Source: Fidelibacterota bacterium
GTDB lineage: Bacteria; Fidelibacterota; Marinisomatia; Marinisomatales; TCS56
Direction of reading: 5' to 3'
DNA: 36,554 nucleotides
Assembly (NCBI GenBank): GCA_043822705.1
Contig: JBDRBK010000100.1
Location: 1 to 36,554 of the forward strand
Position numbers and translations under genes: made by a program. Positions 26,834 to 36,554 of this stretch are shown one piece after another. Numbering within the stretch: position 1 is the first letter of the stretch; each line of letters starts with the position of its first letter. Below the pieces are notes generated by a model. It saw only the letters and a list, made by a program, of their open reading frames with translations, did no database searches and was not told where the DNA came from.

Positions 26834-29800
26834 TGTATAATCTCCACCGAATTTATGTGGTTACTTAATTTTTTGTAATCATTTTTTAGTGTATGTAATA
26901 TTTCCTGCACCGAATTAGTATCCTGAGCGGTACCGGATCGCTCCAGTTCAAAAGCCAGATCACAGAACGCATGGGCACCGATATTGAGTGCCGCCCCTTT
27001 CAGCGTATGAGCGATCATCCGGATTACCTTGAAATCCTGCTGTTTCAGCGCTTCTTGCAGGGCCAGCAGTTTTTCCGGTACATCCTCCAGGAATGCCATC
27101 ATGATCTGGCGGTATACTTCCCGGTCGTGGTCGAGCCGCTCCAGCAACTGGCTCGGATCGAACCGGTCGTCCGTCGGATTGGTAACAACGGCGGGGGCGG
27201 CCGACTGGATGTGGCACCAGTTAATGATTGCAGCGGCGAGCAGATCCGGTTTCACCGGCTTGGATATATAATCGTTCATGCCGGCCCGGATGCAATCGCG
27301 CCGGTCATCGGCCATGGCGTAGGCGGTCATGGCGATTATCGGTATGGCCGGGTTCAGGACTCGTGATTCCGCTGAGCGGATCAGCCGGGTTGCGGTCAAG
27401 CCATCCATATCTGACATTTGAACGTCCATGAACACCAGATTATAGGGAATATTGCCAAGGGCGTTGATCGCCTCCAGACCATTAGCCACGGCATCGGCGC
27501 GGAACCCCATTTTTTTCAGCATCAGCAGCACCATCTTCTGGCTGGGAATGTTGTCTTCGGCGACCAGAATGCGGACAGCGTCCTTGTCGATCTTCAGATC
27601 GTAGGGCAGGAACGATTCCTCAAGGGCGGTGGTGATAGGGGTGGGATTTTGCAGCTTTTTCAGGCAATTCTGCAATTGGCTGCGTTTGACCGGTTTGGAC
27701 AGCAAGGCGCTGTATTCGCCCGGTCGCGTATTACTGATAATCCGCAATTGATTGATATCGCTGGTGCCGATTAAATGAATGGCCTCCAAATCAGGATCTT
27801 TTTTAATCATTGCCGCCAGATTGCAATCGGATAATTCCTGATTGTCCAGATCGACCAGGATGAACTGAAACCGCTCCTTTTTGCGCTGCCAGCGCCGCAG
27901 CGTCTTGACCGCCTCAGCGACATTGTCGACCGATTGGGAGAAAATTCCCAGTGAACGAAGTTGCAGCGTCAACGAGTGGCGACAGGTTTCATCGGGATCG
28001 ATGATTAACACCGGACCGCAGTCCTCCAGGCCGGACTCGACAACCTGATCCGGTTGTTCGCGGAAACAAGCGGTAAAACTGAAGCTGGAGCCGCTTCCTT
28101 CGACGCTTTCCACTGTCAGACAGCCCTGCATTTTCTCTACCAGGCGCCGGGAGATCGCGAGGCCCAGACCAGTCCCGCCATATTTCCTGGTAGTTGAACC
28201 GTCGGCCTGGGTGAATTCATTGAAGATGCTGTCCAGTTTATCGGCGGCGATGCCGATGCCGGTATCTTTCACGGCGAAAGCCAGTTCGACAGCGCCGTCA
28301 TCCAAACGCTTGTGCATGTTGACCGTTACATCGACTCGTCCGGCCGGCGTGAATTTGATGGCGTTGCCGATCAGGTTGGTCAGCACCTGCCGCAGCCGGC
28401 CCGGATCGCCCTGCAGCTTGAAGGGCAGTTCGGGATCGATAATCGCATTCAGTCTCAATTGTTTCTGCTGGGCCATGACCGCCATCAGTTCGATCACATC
28501 GTCAACGGTATCGACCAGGTCAAAATCCAGTGTTTCCAGTTTCAGTTCGCCGGCCTCAATTTTTGAGAAATCCAGAATCTCGTTGATGATCGCTAGCAAG
28601 GATTCGGCACTGTTCTGAATAATTTCGGTGAATTCGCGCTGGGAATCGGTCAGATCGGTTTCCAGCAGCAGGCCGGTCATGCCGATCACTCCGTTCATCG
28701 GCGTCCTGATTTCATGGCTCATATTTGCCAGGAAATAGCTTTTGGCGCGATTGGCGGCATCGGCCTGTTCCTTGGCGATATTCAGTTCGTGGACCATTTC
28801 ATTCAGGCGTACGGAATTTTCTTCCTCGAATTCCTTGGCCACCTGCAGGTCGAGGGCATAGCGGAAGAGTTCCTCTTCCGCCACCCGGGCCTGCTGAATG
28901 GCCCGTTCCAGTTCCCGCTGATGCTGCACCTGGGCGGTAATATCTCTGAGGATGCCCTGGAATTGGGCCGGTTCATCATCCTGGGCCGGCTGATTCGACA
29001 TGGTCAACAGGCATTCCATGGTTTCCCCAGTCCGGTTTTTCAGGCGGACCCGGAAATCTTTGACAAAACCGTGTCGCTCCAGTTTTTGTTTGAGCCGGTT
29101 GCGGTCGTCGGGATTGTCATATAAATCAATCACGTTGAAGGACTGAGCCGGCACTTCATCGAATCCGAATAAATCGAGACCGGCCTGGTTTATTTCCAGG
29201 ATTTCCCCTTCCGGTGTCGTAATGTAGATCGGATCGCGCGATTTCTCGAAGATCGAGCGGTATTTCCGTTCGCTTTTTGATAAGGCCGTTTCGGCGCGTT
29301 TACGTTTGCTGATATCGCGGATGATGCAGGTGAAATACTCGGTCGTCCCGTCATTCCAGCGGGCGAGTGACAGCTCCAGTGGTACAATCGCGCCGTTTTT
29401 ATGCTGACCACGCACTTCAATGGTTTTTCCCAACACGGGTTTATCACCGGTTTCCAGAAAATTACTGATCAGATTCAGATGGCGCTGGCGCAGCGGTTCC
29501 GGGATGAGCAGGTTGATATGACTGCCGGTTACTTCCTCTTCGGAATAACCGAAAATCCGCCGGGCCGCCGGGTTCCACTGGATGATTGAGCCGTCCAGTC
29601 GGGTAGTGATGATGGCGTCGGTAGCGGTGGCAACGATCGCGCTAAGCCGCGCCTGGCTGACCTGCAGGGCCTCGGCCGCTTGGCGTTGTTCGGTAAAATC
29701 GATAATCGAACTTACAAAACCCATAATCTGACCAGCAGCGTCCTTGATAACATCGGCTCGGACGTAGGCCTGAAATTCCCGCCCGGTTCGGGTGATCATT

Positions 29801-30501
29801 ATCAGTTCGCCGACCCAGGATTTCCCGGTTGTGAGCTGCTGGTATACCTCCCGAAAATTATCCTGATCCCGGACCAGTTTGGCGATATCCCCGGTCGTTG
29901 CCAGTTCTTCGACGGTGGCATATCCGAACAGATCGGAAAAGGCTCGATTGTGATAGAGGTGGTTGCCCTGATGATCGGCAACACCGATGGCATCGCTGGC
30001 GCTTTCCACGGCCTGGGTGATTCGCAGGACCCGTTCCTCGATTGCGCGCCGGTTGAGAATTTCCTCCTGTAGTTTGGTCTGCTTGGCGCGGCTGTCATTG
30101 ATCCGGAAGGTCAACTCGGTAACATCTTCCACCGAAAACAGGGCATAGTATTCATCGCCGGCGTGGCTGCGAATCGCCGTTACGGTAGTATTCTGAGAAC
30201 GCTTATTGGCGTCGTCGTTCGCCGGGAACAGACCGCCGTGAATCTGAGCCGAAAACAGCAGCGGCGGACCATTGGTAAACAGCGTTTCGATCCGTTCACG
30301 ATAGCCGGGCCGGCCTAATCGGGGGAAGAAATGGTCCAGTTTCCGGCCGATAATTTCCGGCTTGGGAATGCCGGTCCATTCGGCCAGCCGCGTATTCCAG
30401 AACAGGACCTTATAATCCCGCCGCAGAATACAGGCGCCGGAAGCAATATAATCCAATACTTTATACTGTTCCTGAATGGTCAAGATTTCGTGCATGATCA
30501 A
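26830..30501 (-). CDS. Hybrid histidine kinase: 4 PAS, HisKA, HATPase, 2 REC, Hpt
   Basis: [44 protein letters not shown], a divergent first REC, VFMDVQM second [11 protein letters not shown] Hpt. Confidence 0.95.
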   Translation of the reverse strand: MIMHEILTIQEQYKVLDYIASGACILRRDYKVLFWNTRLAEWTGIPKPEIIGRKLDHFFPRLGRPGYRERIETLFTNGPPLLFSAQIHGGLFPANDDANKRSQNTTVTAIRSHAGDEYYALFSVEDVTELTFRINDSRAKQTKLQEEILNRRAIEERVLRITQAVESASDAIGVADHQGNHLYHNRAFSDLFGYATVEELATTGDIAKLVRDQDNFREVYQQLTTGKSWVGELIMITRTGREFQAYVRADVIKDAAGQIMGFVSSIIDFTEQRQAAEALQVSQARLSAIVATATDAIITTRLDGSIIQWNPAARRIFGYSEEEVTGSHINLLIPEPLRQRHLNLISNFLETGDKPVLGKTIEVRGQHKNGAIVPLELSLARWNDGTTEYFTCIIRDISKRKRAETALSKSERKYRSIFEKSRDPIYITTPEGEILEINQAGLDLFGFDEVPAQSFNVIDLYDNPDDRNRLKQKLERHGFVKDFRVRLKNRTGETMECLLTMSNQPAQDDEPAQFQGILRDITAQVQHQRELERAIQQARVAEEELFRYALDLQVAKEFEEENSVRLNEMVHELNIAKEQADAANRAKSYFLANMSHEIRTPMNGVIGMTGLLLETDLTDSQREFTEIIQNSAESLLAIINEILDFSKIEAGELKLETLDFDLVDTVDDVIELMAVMAQQKQLRLNAIIDPELPFKLQGDPGRLRQVLTNLIGNAIKFTPAGRVDVTVNMHKRLDDGAVELAFAVKDTGIGIAADKLDSIFNEFTQADGSTTRKYGGTGLGLAISRRLVEKMQGCLTVESVEGSGSSFSFTACFREQPDQVVESGLEDCGPVLIIDPDETCRHSLTLQLRSLGIFSQSVDNVAEAVKTLRRWQRKKERFQFILVDLDNQELSDCNLAAMIKKDPDLEAIHLIGTSDINQLRIISNTRPGEYSALLSKPVKRSQLQNCLKKLQNPTPITTALEESFLPYDLKIDKDAVRILVAEDNIPSQKMVLLMLKKMGFRADAVANGLEAINALGNIPYNLVFMDVQMSDMDGLTATRLIRSAESRVLNPAIPIIAMTAYAMADDRRDCIRAGMNDYISKPVKPDLLAAAIINWCHIQSAAPAVVTNPTDDRFDPSQLLERLDHDREVYRQIMMAFLEDVPEKLLALQEALKQQDFKVIRMIAHTLKGAALNIGAHAFCDLAFELERSGTAQDTNSVQEILHTLKNDYKKLSNHINSVEIIQ

Positions 30502-31100
30502 CCGGGCAGGTGATTATCCAGCAGTGCCAGCAACCGTTCAAATGAATTCACGGCGAAAATCAGAACAATATTACCATCGATCTGCAGTTTTTCGATACTG
30601 AAGTTGGTGTCGGCCAGGATGAGAATTGAATCCGAACGCAATTCTTCGTTGAAATGCAAATTGGTGTCACGGCTTTCGAAATATGCCGGCAGTGAATAAT
30701 CCAGACTGATCTGCAGCAGATTGCTGATCGTTCCGACCACCGAATTCAGGACGATATTACCGACTTCACTGAGAGTGGCTGAACGCAGCGAGTCGATATC
30801 CGCGGACTCGCATTCTTCTCCGATCAGGGCCGATATCAGGACCGGTATCGTGGAACTGGGAAAGACAATCTGGGCATTGCCGTGAAAATCCCTGCTGAAG
30901 GCCAGCTTGATCCCGGAAATAGTACCGTTGCGTTTGACCGCGTTCAGCAGCGGCAATTCGCCGGACCGGATGATCCGGATCGTCGGAACCGACATTGTAA
31001 TGTGCTGCTTCAGCAGCGTATTGAGAATACTCGATCCCCGGCCGACGCCAATGTTGATCATTTCTAACAGGGCATCGACCTGACTGGTGTTAATCGACAT
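30498..31100 (-). CDS. cheC: CheC-family phospho-aspartate phosphatase
   Basis: Two ExxN active-site motifs: [12 protein letters not shown] and [13 protein letters not shown]. Confidence 0.88.
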   Translation of the reverse strand: MSINTSQVDALLEMINIGVGRGSSILNTLLKQHITMSVPTIRIIRSGELPLLNAVKRNGTISGIKLAFSRDFHGNAQIVFPSSTIPVLISALIGEECESADIDSLRSATLSEVGNIVLNSVVGTISNLLQISLDYSLPAYFESRDTNLHFNEELRSDSILILADTNFSIEKLQIDGNIVLIFAVNSFERLLALLDNHLPG

Positions 31101-31470
31101 TGGCTTCGCGCTCGATTTCGATCAGCGCCCGGATGGCATGTTTCAACTGCGCCGGTTGCAGCGGTTTGTTAAGAAATGCCCGCGCCCCCAGTTCGATGCA
31201 GCTCTGCCGGGTGGAATCCTGAATGTCCGATGAAATGACGATTACCGGGATATCCAGGCCGCGCTGATTCAGTTCGCGCATGACATCTCTTCCATTGATG
31301 GTCGGCATCAGCAGATCCAGGGTGATGCAATCCGGTCGGCGAGTGAGGGCGATTTCCAGCGCCTGCCGGCCGTCGCCGGCCTCTAATAATTCATAATCTT
31401 CGGTTTCCAGTGCGGCGAGAATCGACTTACGACTGAATGAAGAATCATCAACAACCAGAATTGTCGGCAC
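31090..31470 (-). CDS. CheY-like single-domain response regulator
   Basis: ILVVDDS, TLDLLMP, ISSDIQ, FLNKP. GTG start with AAAGGA RBS. Confidence 0.92.
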   Translation of the reverse strand: MPTILVVDDSSFSRKSILAALETEDYELLEAGDGRQALEIALTRRPDCITLDLLMPTINGRDVMRELNQRGLDIPVIVISSDIQDSTRQSCIELGARAFLNKPLQPAQLKHAIRALIEIEREANVD

Positions 31471-31895
31471 TATCAGTTCCTTTCCATATTCGAATAATTC
31501 CGTTGTGCTTGAAATAGCGGATCGGGTTCAACGAGTCATTTTGACAGCACATCCTGTGTACCGGCCGGCACAGGACCAGGCACTCCGGGTCAGACTGCTG
31601 CCCCCCCGGAGAATAATACAGGTTCGACGTACTGCTAGCATTGTCGGGCTATACAGCAAAGCCCGTACCAGCGTCCCGACCGGCTAATCCTCCCCGAATT
31701 CCGCTGCCGTTGAAACTGGTCCGGGGAAAATTTTTCCCCTGCCGGCTGCCGGTTTTGCCGGCCGGTCCGGTCACCGGAGATAATGGCGGCCTCGGTAGAA
31801 TTGAATAAATCCGCTGTGCAATTCATCATTAGGATGTACTTTTCTCCTGACAGATTGCATAAAATTTCCTCATCATCATTAACGGATGACCGGTC

Positions 31896-32954
31896 ATGAA
31901 AAAACATTCCAGCGCTAAAAAAGCGGGTCTGCCACCCGGTTCAATTATTCACCTGGGCCAATTTTCCGGCACCCCGGTAAATATTTCGGTAATCGAATAC
32001 GACCCCGATACTTTTATCGAACAGCGCCAGGTCAGTCCCGTCGATTGCAGCGTTTTACGCGACAAGCCGTCCATCACCTGGTTCAATGTCGACGGCGTCC
32101 ATGATACGGAACTGATCGAGCAGCTCGGCCGGCAATTCCGGTTGCACCCGCTGATCCTGGAAGATATCGTCAATACCGACCACCGTCCGAAAATCGAAGA
32201 GGCGGACGATTACCTGTATTTCACGTTCAAGATGCTGATGTTCGAGCCCGGTTCGGGCAAGGTGCTGTCGGAACAGGTGAGCATCGTGCTGGGGACCGGT
32301 TTCGTGCTGTCGTTCCAGGAACAGCCGGGGGATGTCTTCGGGCCGGTGCGCCAGCGGATCGCCCAGGGTAAGGGACGAATCCGCAAGCGCGGCACCGATT
32401 ATCTGGTATATGCCCTGGTCGACACGGTCGTCGATTCCTATTTCCTGATTGCCGACACGCTCGAAGCCCGCATCGCCGAGCTCGAGGAACAGGTCGATAA
32501 AAACCCGCATTCAGGACTGATTGCCGAGATTCAGGATACCCGCAAACAACTGGTTTTCGTGCGCCAGGCGATCGCGCCGCTGAAGGATGCCGTCGGTTAC
32601 CTGGAGAAGGACGAATCGGAATTAATTGAAGAACGGACCCGGCGCTATCTGCGCGATGTCTATGACCATATTATTCATATAATCGATTCGTTGGAGATTC
32701 AGCGCGAAATCCTGAACGGTATCCGCGATTCCTACCATTCCACGATCAGCACCCAGCTCAACCAAGTCATGAAGGTACTGACGATCATCGCCACGATTTT
32801 TATTCCGCTCACCTATATCGCCGGAATCTACGGAATGAATTTTGAGTTCATGCCAGAGCTGGGCTGGAAATGGTCCTATCCGGCCGTCTGGCTGGTCATG
32901 CTATCGGTCTTTGCCGGGATGATAGTATATTTCCGGCGCAAAAAGTGGCTTTGA
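31896..32954 (+). CDS. corA: Magnesium/cobalt transporter CorA
   Basis: KKAGLPPG, LHPLILEDI, YGMNF signature, MPEL.W, KKWL end. Confidence 0.96.
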   Translation: MKKHSSAKKAGLPPGSIIHLGQFSGTPVNISVIEYDPDTFIEQRQVSPVDCSVLRDKPSITWFNVDGVHDTELIEQLGRQFRLHPLILEDIVNTDHRPKIEEADDYLYFTFKMLMFEPGSGKVLSEQVSIVLGTGFVLSFQEQPGDVFGPVRQRIAQGKGRIRKRGTDYLVYALVDTVVDSYFLIADTLEARIAELEEQVDKNPHSGLIAEIQDTRKQLVFVRQAIAPLKDAVGYLEKDESELIEERTRRYLRDVYDHIIHIIDSLEIQREILNGIRDSYHSTISTQLNQVMKVLTIIATIFIPLTYIAGIYGMNFEFMPELGWKWSYPAVWLVMLSVFAGMIVYFRRKKWL

Positions 32955-32964
32955 TCCGGCCCGT

Positions 32965-35172
32965 TTAGACCAGGGCGCTTTCCTCACCCGAATCTTTCAC
33001 GAACAGGCAGGATGTGTCCACCAACTGCACCAGTTCATGCATGATATCGCAATCCAGGTCGTTGGACATACCGAATATATTGATATCCGCCAGCGGGGCG
33101 TTGCGCAATTCCTGCTTGAAATTACCGATCAGGACCTCTACACCGGTATTGGCGGGAAAGCGCGCCCGTTCGCTCAGGCGCTCGAACATGGCCTGACTCT
33201 TTTGGCCCTCCGCCTCGCTTTCATTGACGGTCAGAAAGCGGATATGCCCGTTCCAGTTGCGCTGCAGTTGGATCGCCAGCAGGATCGCTAGATCCTTGTT
33301 GGGGCTGGAACGTCGCAGCCAGATATTGATTGTCGATTGCAGGCCCAGGGAACTCTTGGGGTGCAGGCTGAGGACGCAGATACCCAGCTTTTCGCGGATA
33401 CCGATGGCGATCATCTCTTCGAGCCGGTCGTCTTTATCGCGGTCGGCGCTCATGGTCAGGAAGAATATATTGGGGGGGAAATACATGCCGCGCATCACCT
33501 GCGTAATGGTGCTGACGCCTTCCATGAAATCATTACTCTCAATCACCGTTCCGGAGACGAAAATCCCGTGTTCGCGGATCGGCTGCATTAATTCCAGCAG
33601 TTGCACTTCCAATTCGTCGGCCGTCGGCCCGCCGGCCTCGGCGTTTTCCGCTTCGGCGAAAGGCCGCCGGAAGAGGCTGGCGCGCAACCGGTCGAGGCCG
33701 CGACGGAATTCCTGGCCGGCGACTTTCAGGGAAAACAGGCGCAGGGTGCCGCTGGGGAAAATCAGATTGCGGATGAAATCGATCAGATGCTGCCAGTTGC
33801 GGGGATTTTCCACCAGGATCATCATATTCGGTTTCCAGGACTTGGCATGCTGGGGCATCAGGGCGGCGGTCTTGGCGGCCCATTCCGACAGGGCCAGAAA
33901 CAGTCCGCTGCGCACATCGCCCCAGGGCGCCCGCAGGCCACGCTTGACCTGGATCAGGTAGAATAGGATGATCAGGATAATCGCCGCGGTGGCGAAAACG
34001 GGATTGATCAGGAACATGATCGCCAGCGACCACAGTCCGCCGATGATCGGGATCAGGATCGGGACGTTGAAGGCCGGGCGGAACGAGGGAATGCCGATTC
34101 CCTTTTCAATCGCCACCGCCAGGTTGATCGTGCCGTAGGTAATCAGGAAGAACATTGTCAACAGCGGGGCGATCGTGTTCAGGTCGCCGAACACCAGGGC
34201 CAGTTGGACGACGCCGGCGGTGAAAATGGTGCCGATGATCGGCTCCCCGTTACGACTCTTACTGGCAAATGTTTTTGAGAAGGGCAGGACCTTATCCTGG
34301 CCCAGAGCCATCAGGGTGCGGGGCGCGCCGATCACCGAACCGAGGGCCGAACTGAGGGTGGCGCCCAGGATACCGATAACCACCGGCAGGCGCCAGCGCG
34401 AAACATCGAGCATCACGGTATAGTTGTTGATCAGCATTTCCCGCGAGGCGGTGTGATTCAGCCAGAAGGCCACGGCAACGTAAATTACCGTGGAAATACC
34501 GATGGCCGAAAGGATTCCCACCGGCAGCGCCTTGCGGCTGTCTTCCACATCGCCGGACATGGCGGCGCCGGCCTCAATGCCGGTCACGGCGGGGAAGAAG
34601 ATGGCGAAAACGACCCAGAATGAAGCGCTGGAGAAATCACCCCAGAGCTGGATCGTAACCTCGTTCTGGCTGCTGCCCATGAAAAAGGAGACCAGCGAGG
34701 CCACGATTATGAACATGATGATGAAATTGGCGCGCATGGCGAACTTGGCGCCGATCACCGATACGATCAGCAGCAGCACCAGTACGCTCGTGGACACGAG
34801 CAGCGGCGGATGAGCCGGGAAAATCGCCAGCCAGCCTTCGGTGAAACCGGTGATGTACAAAGCACCGCCCAGGGCCTGCGACAGGTACAGCGGTAACCCG
34901 ATGGCGGAACCGATCTCGATACCCAGGGAGCGTGATATCAGGGCGTAGGAACCGCCGGCGCCGACCTTGGTGTTGGTGGCGATCGAGGCGATCGAAAGAC
35001 CGGTGGAAATGGTGACCAGCTTGGCCAGCAGGATGATCAGCACTGCGCCGCCGAAACCGGCGTTGCCGACGACCCAGCCCAGGCGCAGGTACATGATAAC
35101 GCCCAGAATGGTCAGAATGGAGGGTGTGAAAACGCCTTCGAAGGTGCCCAGGCGTTTAGTCGAGTTGCTCAT
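32965..35172 (-). CDS. APC-superfamily permease, SLC12/cation-chloride cotransporter-like
   Basis: LGTFEGVFTPSILTILGVIMYLRLGWVVG, GGSY.LISRSLG.E.G, FAIFFPAVTGI.AG, WGD, KSWKPN; large soluble C-terminal domain. Confidence 0.88.
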   Translation of the reverse strand: MSNSTKRLGTFEGVFTPSILTILGVIMYLRLGWVVGNAGFGGAVLIILLAKLVTISTGLSIASIATNTKVGAGGSYALISRSLGIEIGSAIGLPLYLSQALGGALYITGFTEGWLAIFPAHPPLLVSTSVLVLLLIVSVIGAKFAMRANFIIMFIIVASLVSFFMGSSQNEVTIQLWGDFSSASFWVVFAIFFPAVTGIEAGAAMSGDVEDSRKALPVGILSAIGISTVIYVAVAFWLNHTASREMLINNYTVMLDVSRWRLPVVIGILGATLSSALGSVIGAPRTLMALGQDKVLPFSKTFASKSRNGEPIIGTIFTAGVVQLALVFGDLNTIAPLLTMFFLITYGTINLAVAIEKGIGIPSFRPAFNVPILIPIIGGLWSLAIMFLINPVFATAAIILIILFYLIQVKRGLRAPWGDVRSGLFLALSEWAAKTAALMPQHAKSWKPNMMILVENPRNWQHLIDFIRNLIFPSGTLRLFSLKVAGQEFRRGLDRLRASLFRRPFAEAENAEAGGPTADELEVQLLELMQPIREHGIFVSGTVIESNDFMEGVSTITQVMRGMYFPPNIFFLTMSADRDKDDRLEEMIAIGIREKLGICVLSLHPKSSLGLQSTINIWLRRSSPNKDLAILLAIQLQRNWNGHIRFLTVNESEAEGQKSQAMFERLSERARFPANTGVEVLIGNFKQELRNAPLADINIFGMSNDLDCDIMHELVQLVDTSCLFVKDSGEESALV

Positions 35173-35249
35173 AGTCTATTCCATGAATGGGGTGCGAATT
35201 TCCATTATATTACTATCTGTTAAAATAAATATTTTGACCGTCGCGTGAA

Positions 35250-36092
35250 TTACTTATTGCCATTAAAAATGGTCAGGTGCGGGAAGGGAATTTCGATCTT
35301 GTCACGGTCGAACCTGATTTTCAACCGGCGGTTGAATTCCCGGCCGACCCGCCACTGCCGGCCGGGCCGGGTGACGTAACGGGCGCGGATGATAACGGCG
35401 GAAGCACCGAATGAATCCAGCCCCAGTACTTCCAGCGGCTCCATGATGTCGTCGCTGAAATCCGCCTGGGCGCGCAATTCCCGGTCAATATCCTTGATTG
35501 TCTCCATGACCCGGTCCACATCTTCCTTGTAAGCCACGCCGATTTCGAAAATATAGCGGCTGAAATCCTTGGTCATGTTGGTGACGACATCGATACTGCT
35601 GTTGGGGATGAAATGGACGTTGCCGGCGGCGTCGCGGATTACCACCAGCCGCAACCCGACCTGTTCGACGGTACCGCTGCGGCCGGCGATCTCGACCACA
35701 TCGCCGACGCGAATCTGGTCGTCCAGCAGGATGAAAATCCCGGAAATCAGGTCCTTGACCAGATTCTGGGCGCCGAAGCCCACAGCGATGCCCAGCACCC
35801 CGGCGGCGGCCAGCAGGGGACCGATATCGACGCCGAATTCGCTGATAATCATGATCAGCAACGTCACGCCCAGGACCAGCAGCAGCAGACTGCGGCCGGT
35901 CCGCATCAGGGTCTCGGCCCGCTTGCGGTTCTCTTCATCGCCGACCAGCTTGATCGAACGGGTGATCAATTTGCGAATGACGGCATTTACCGCCAGATAG
36001 ACCACCAGGCCGCCCAGGAGGATCAGCGCCGCCCGAATCCCGACGGTGGTCAGCCACAGATAAATTTTAGCGAGCAGGTTGGACAAATCCAT
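35250..36092 (-). CDS. mscS: Small-conductance mechanosensitive channel (MscS family)
   Basis: AAAGVLGIAVGFGAQNLVKDLISG, VGDVV...GTVE, IPNS, IPFP. Start at 36092 with AAGGA RBS. Confidence 0.93.
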   Translation of the reverse strand: MDLSNLLAKIYLWLTTVGIRAALILLGGLVVYLAVNAVIRKLITRSIKLVGDEENRKRAETLMRTGRSLLLLVLGVTLLIMIISEFGVDIGPLLAAAGVLGIAVGFGAQNLVKDLISGIFILLDDQIRVGDVVEIAGRSGTVEQVGLRLVVIRDAAGNVHFIPNSSIDVVTNMTKDFSRYIFEIGVAYKEDVDRVMETIKDIDRELRAQADFSDDIMEPLEVLGLDSFGASAVIIRARYVTRPGRQWRVGREFNRRLKIRFDRDKIEIPFPHLTIFNGNK

Positions 36093-36188
36093 TAAATCGT
36101 TCCTTGTTGTGTAATGACAGGCTGAAAGATATACCATGATTCACGATAAATCAATGGGTGCGGGGAAATTGATTTGGCGCGACTGTCC

Positions 36189-36251
36189 TGTAGCGGGTTT
36201 ACCCGCCACAGGCGGGCTAACCCACCAGAGGCGGGTAAAAACCGTGGTACA
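36189..36251. repeat. REP-like palindromic element cluster
   Basis: GTAGCGGGTTTACCCGCC, CCCGCC-ACA-GGCGGG and CCCACC-AGA-GGCGGG hairpins; the ends are imperfectly complementary. Confidence 0.55.
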
Positions 36252-36252
36252 A

Positions 36253-36312
36253 TGTCATGCTGAGCCTGTCGAAGCATGAGCCTGCTTGTCTGTCCTCTGG
36301 CTCAGGGTGACA
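36253..36312. repeat. Imperfect inverted repeat (REP-like)
   Basis: TGTCA-TGC-TGAGCC (36253-36266) pairs with GGCTCA-GGG-TGACA (36299-36312). Confidence 0.55.
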
Positions 36313-36366
36313 CTATTATTTTGTTACTTAGCACATGGTAGTTCTATGGTTCCTGACCGCCATTTC

Positions 36367-36446
36367 CAATCCCGGAGGGATTGAATCTGAATAGCACTCA
36401 AAGCACTCAAAGCCGACCAAACGCGGCAACCACGGAGTGGTTGAAT
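36367..36446. repeat. Two covarying 7-bp hairpins flanking a 9-bp tandem duplication
   Basis: CAATCCC-GGA-GGGATTG-AAT (36367-36386) and CAACCAC-GGA-GTGGTTG-AAT (36427-36446); AGCACTCAA twice at 36393-36410. Confidence 0.65.
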
Positions 36447-36554
36447 TCAGGGATCAGGGATCAGGGATCAGGGATCAGGGATCAGGGATCAGGGATCAGG
36501 GATCAGGGATCAGGGATCAGGGATCAGGGATCAGGGATCAGGGATCAGGGATCA
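36447..36554. repeat. Perfect heptamer tandem repeat (TCAGGGA)n, at least 15 copies
   Basis: 108 nt of uninterrupted TCAGGGA units running to the window end. Confidence 0.98.

Noticed and set aside
31471..31895. c-di-GMP or Mg2+ (M-box) riboswitch; small ORFs 31505..31687 and 31635..31907
   Set aside because: I could not match the conserved riboswitch motifs by eye, and the ORFs lack recognisable motifs.
36092..36277. 61-aa ORF upstream of mscS
   Set aside because: It is translated through the palindromic repeat elements and is likely spurious.
36367..36554. CRISPR array or telomere
   Set aside because: The heptamer repeat has no spacers, the hairpins occur only twice and differ, and there are no cas genes. 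The context is a bacterial chromosome.

Overview
A bacterial chromosomal window dense in signalling and ion-transport genes. A FlgD/'Por-type' C-terminal sorting domain points to the FCB group, such as Marinimicrobia/KSB1-like lineages (inference). No rRNA, tRNA, CRISPR array, integrase or transposase was seen. From left to right: (1) A tightly coupled minus-strand operon behind a near-consensus sigma28 promoter. It encodes an excisionase/BldC-like HTH protein, a REC protein with a degenerate HD-GYP domain, a PomAB-like (probably Na+) MotA/MotB stator, a membrane PAS histidine kinase, an Hpt protein and a DivK-like receiver, with no other flagellar genes in the window. (2) An alpha/beta hydrolase, a Zn alcohol dehydrogenase, a secreted C39-like peptidase and a lipoprotein. 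(3) A sulfate ABC operon with unusual extras: an output-less membrane sensor, a frameshifted cysW, CysA fused to USP domains, and an SDR with a helical/globin-like tail. It converges on an SLC13/TrkA-C permease. (4) nnr, a divergent aroK, an orphan PAS/GAF kinase, a CPBP protease and menA. (5) A CheY-CheC-hybrid kinase-RR-RR operon lacking cheA, cheW and MCPs. (6) corA, an SLC12-like cation-chloride cotransporter and mscS. (7) REP-like palindromes and a perfect (TCAGGGA)n repeat running off the window end. The best candidates for undescribed systems are the stator-plus-phosphorelay operon and the augmented sulfate operon.
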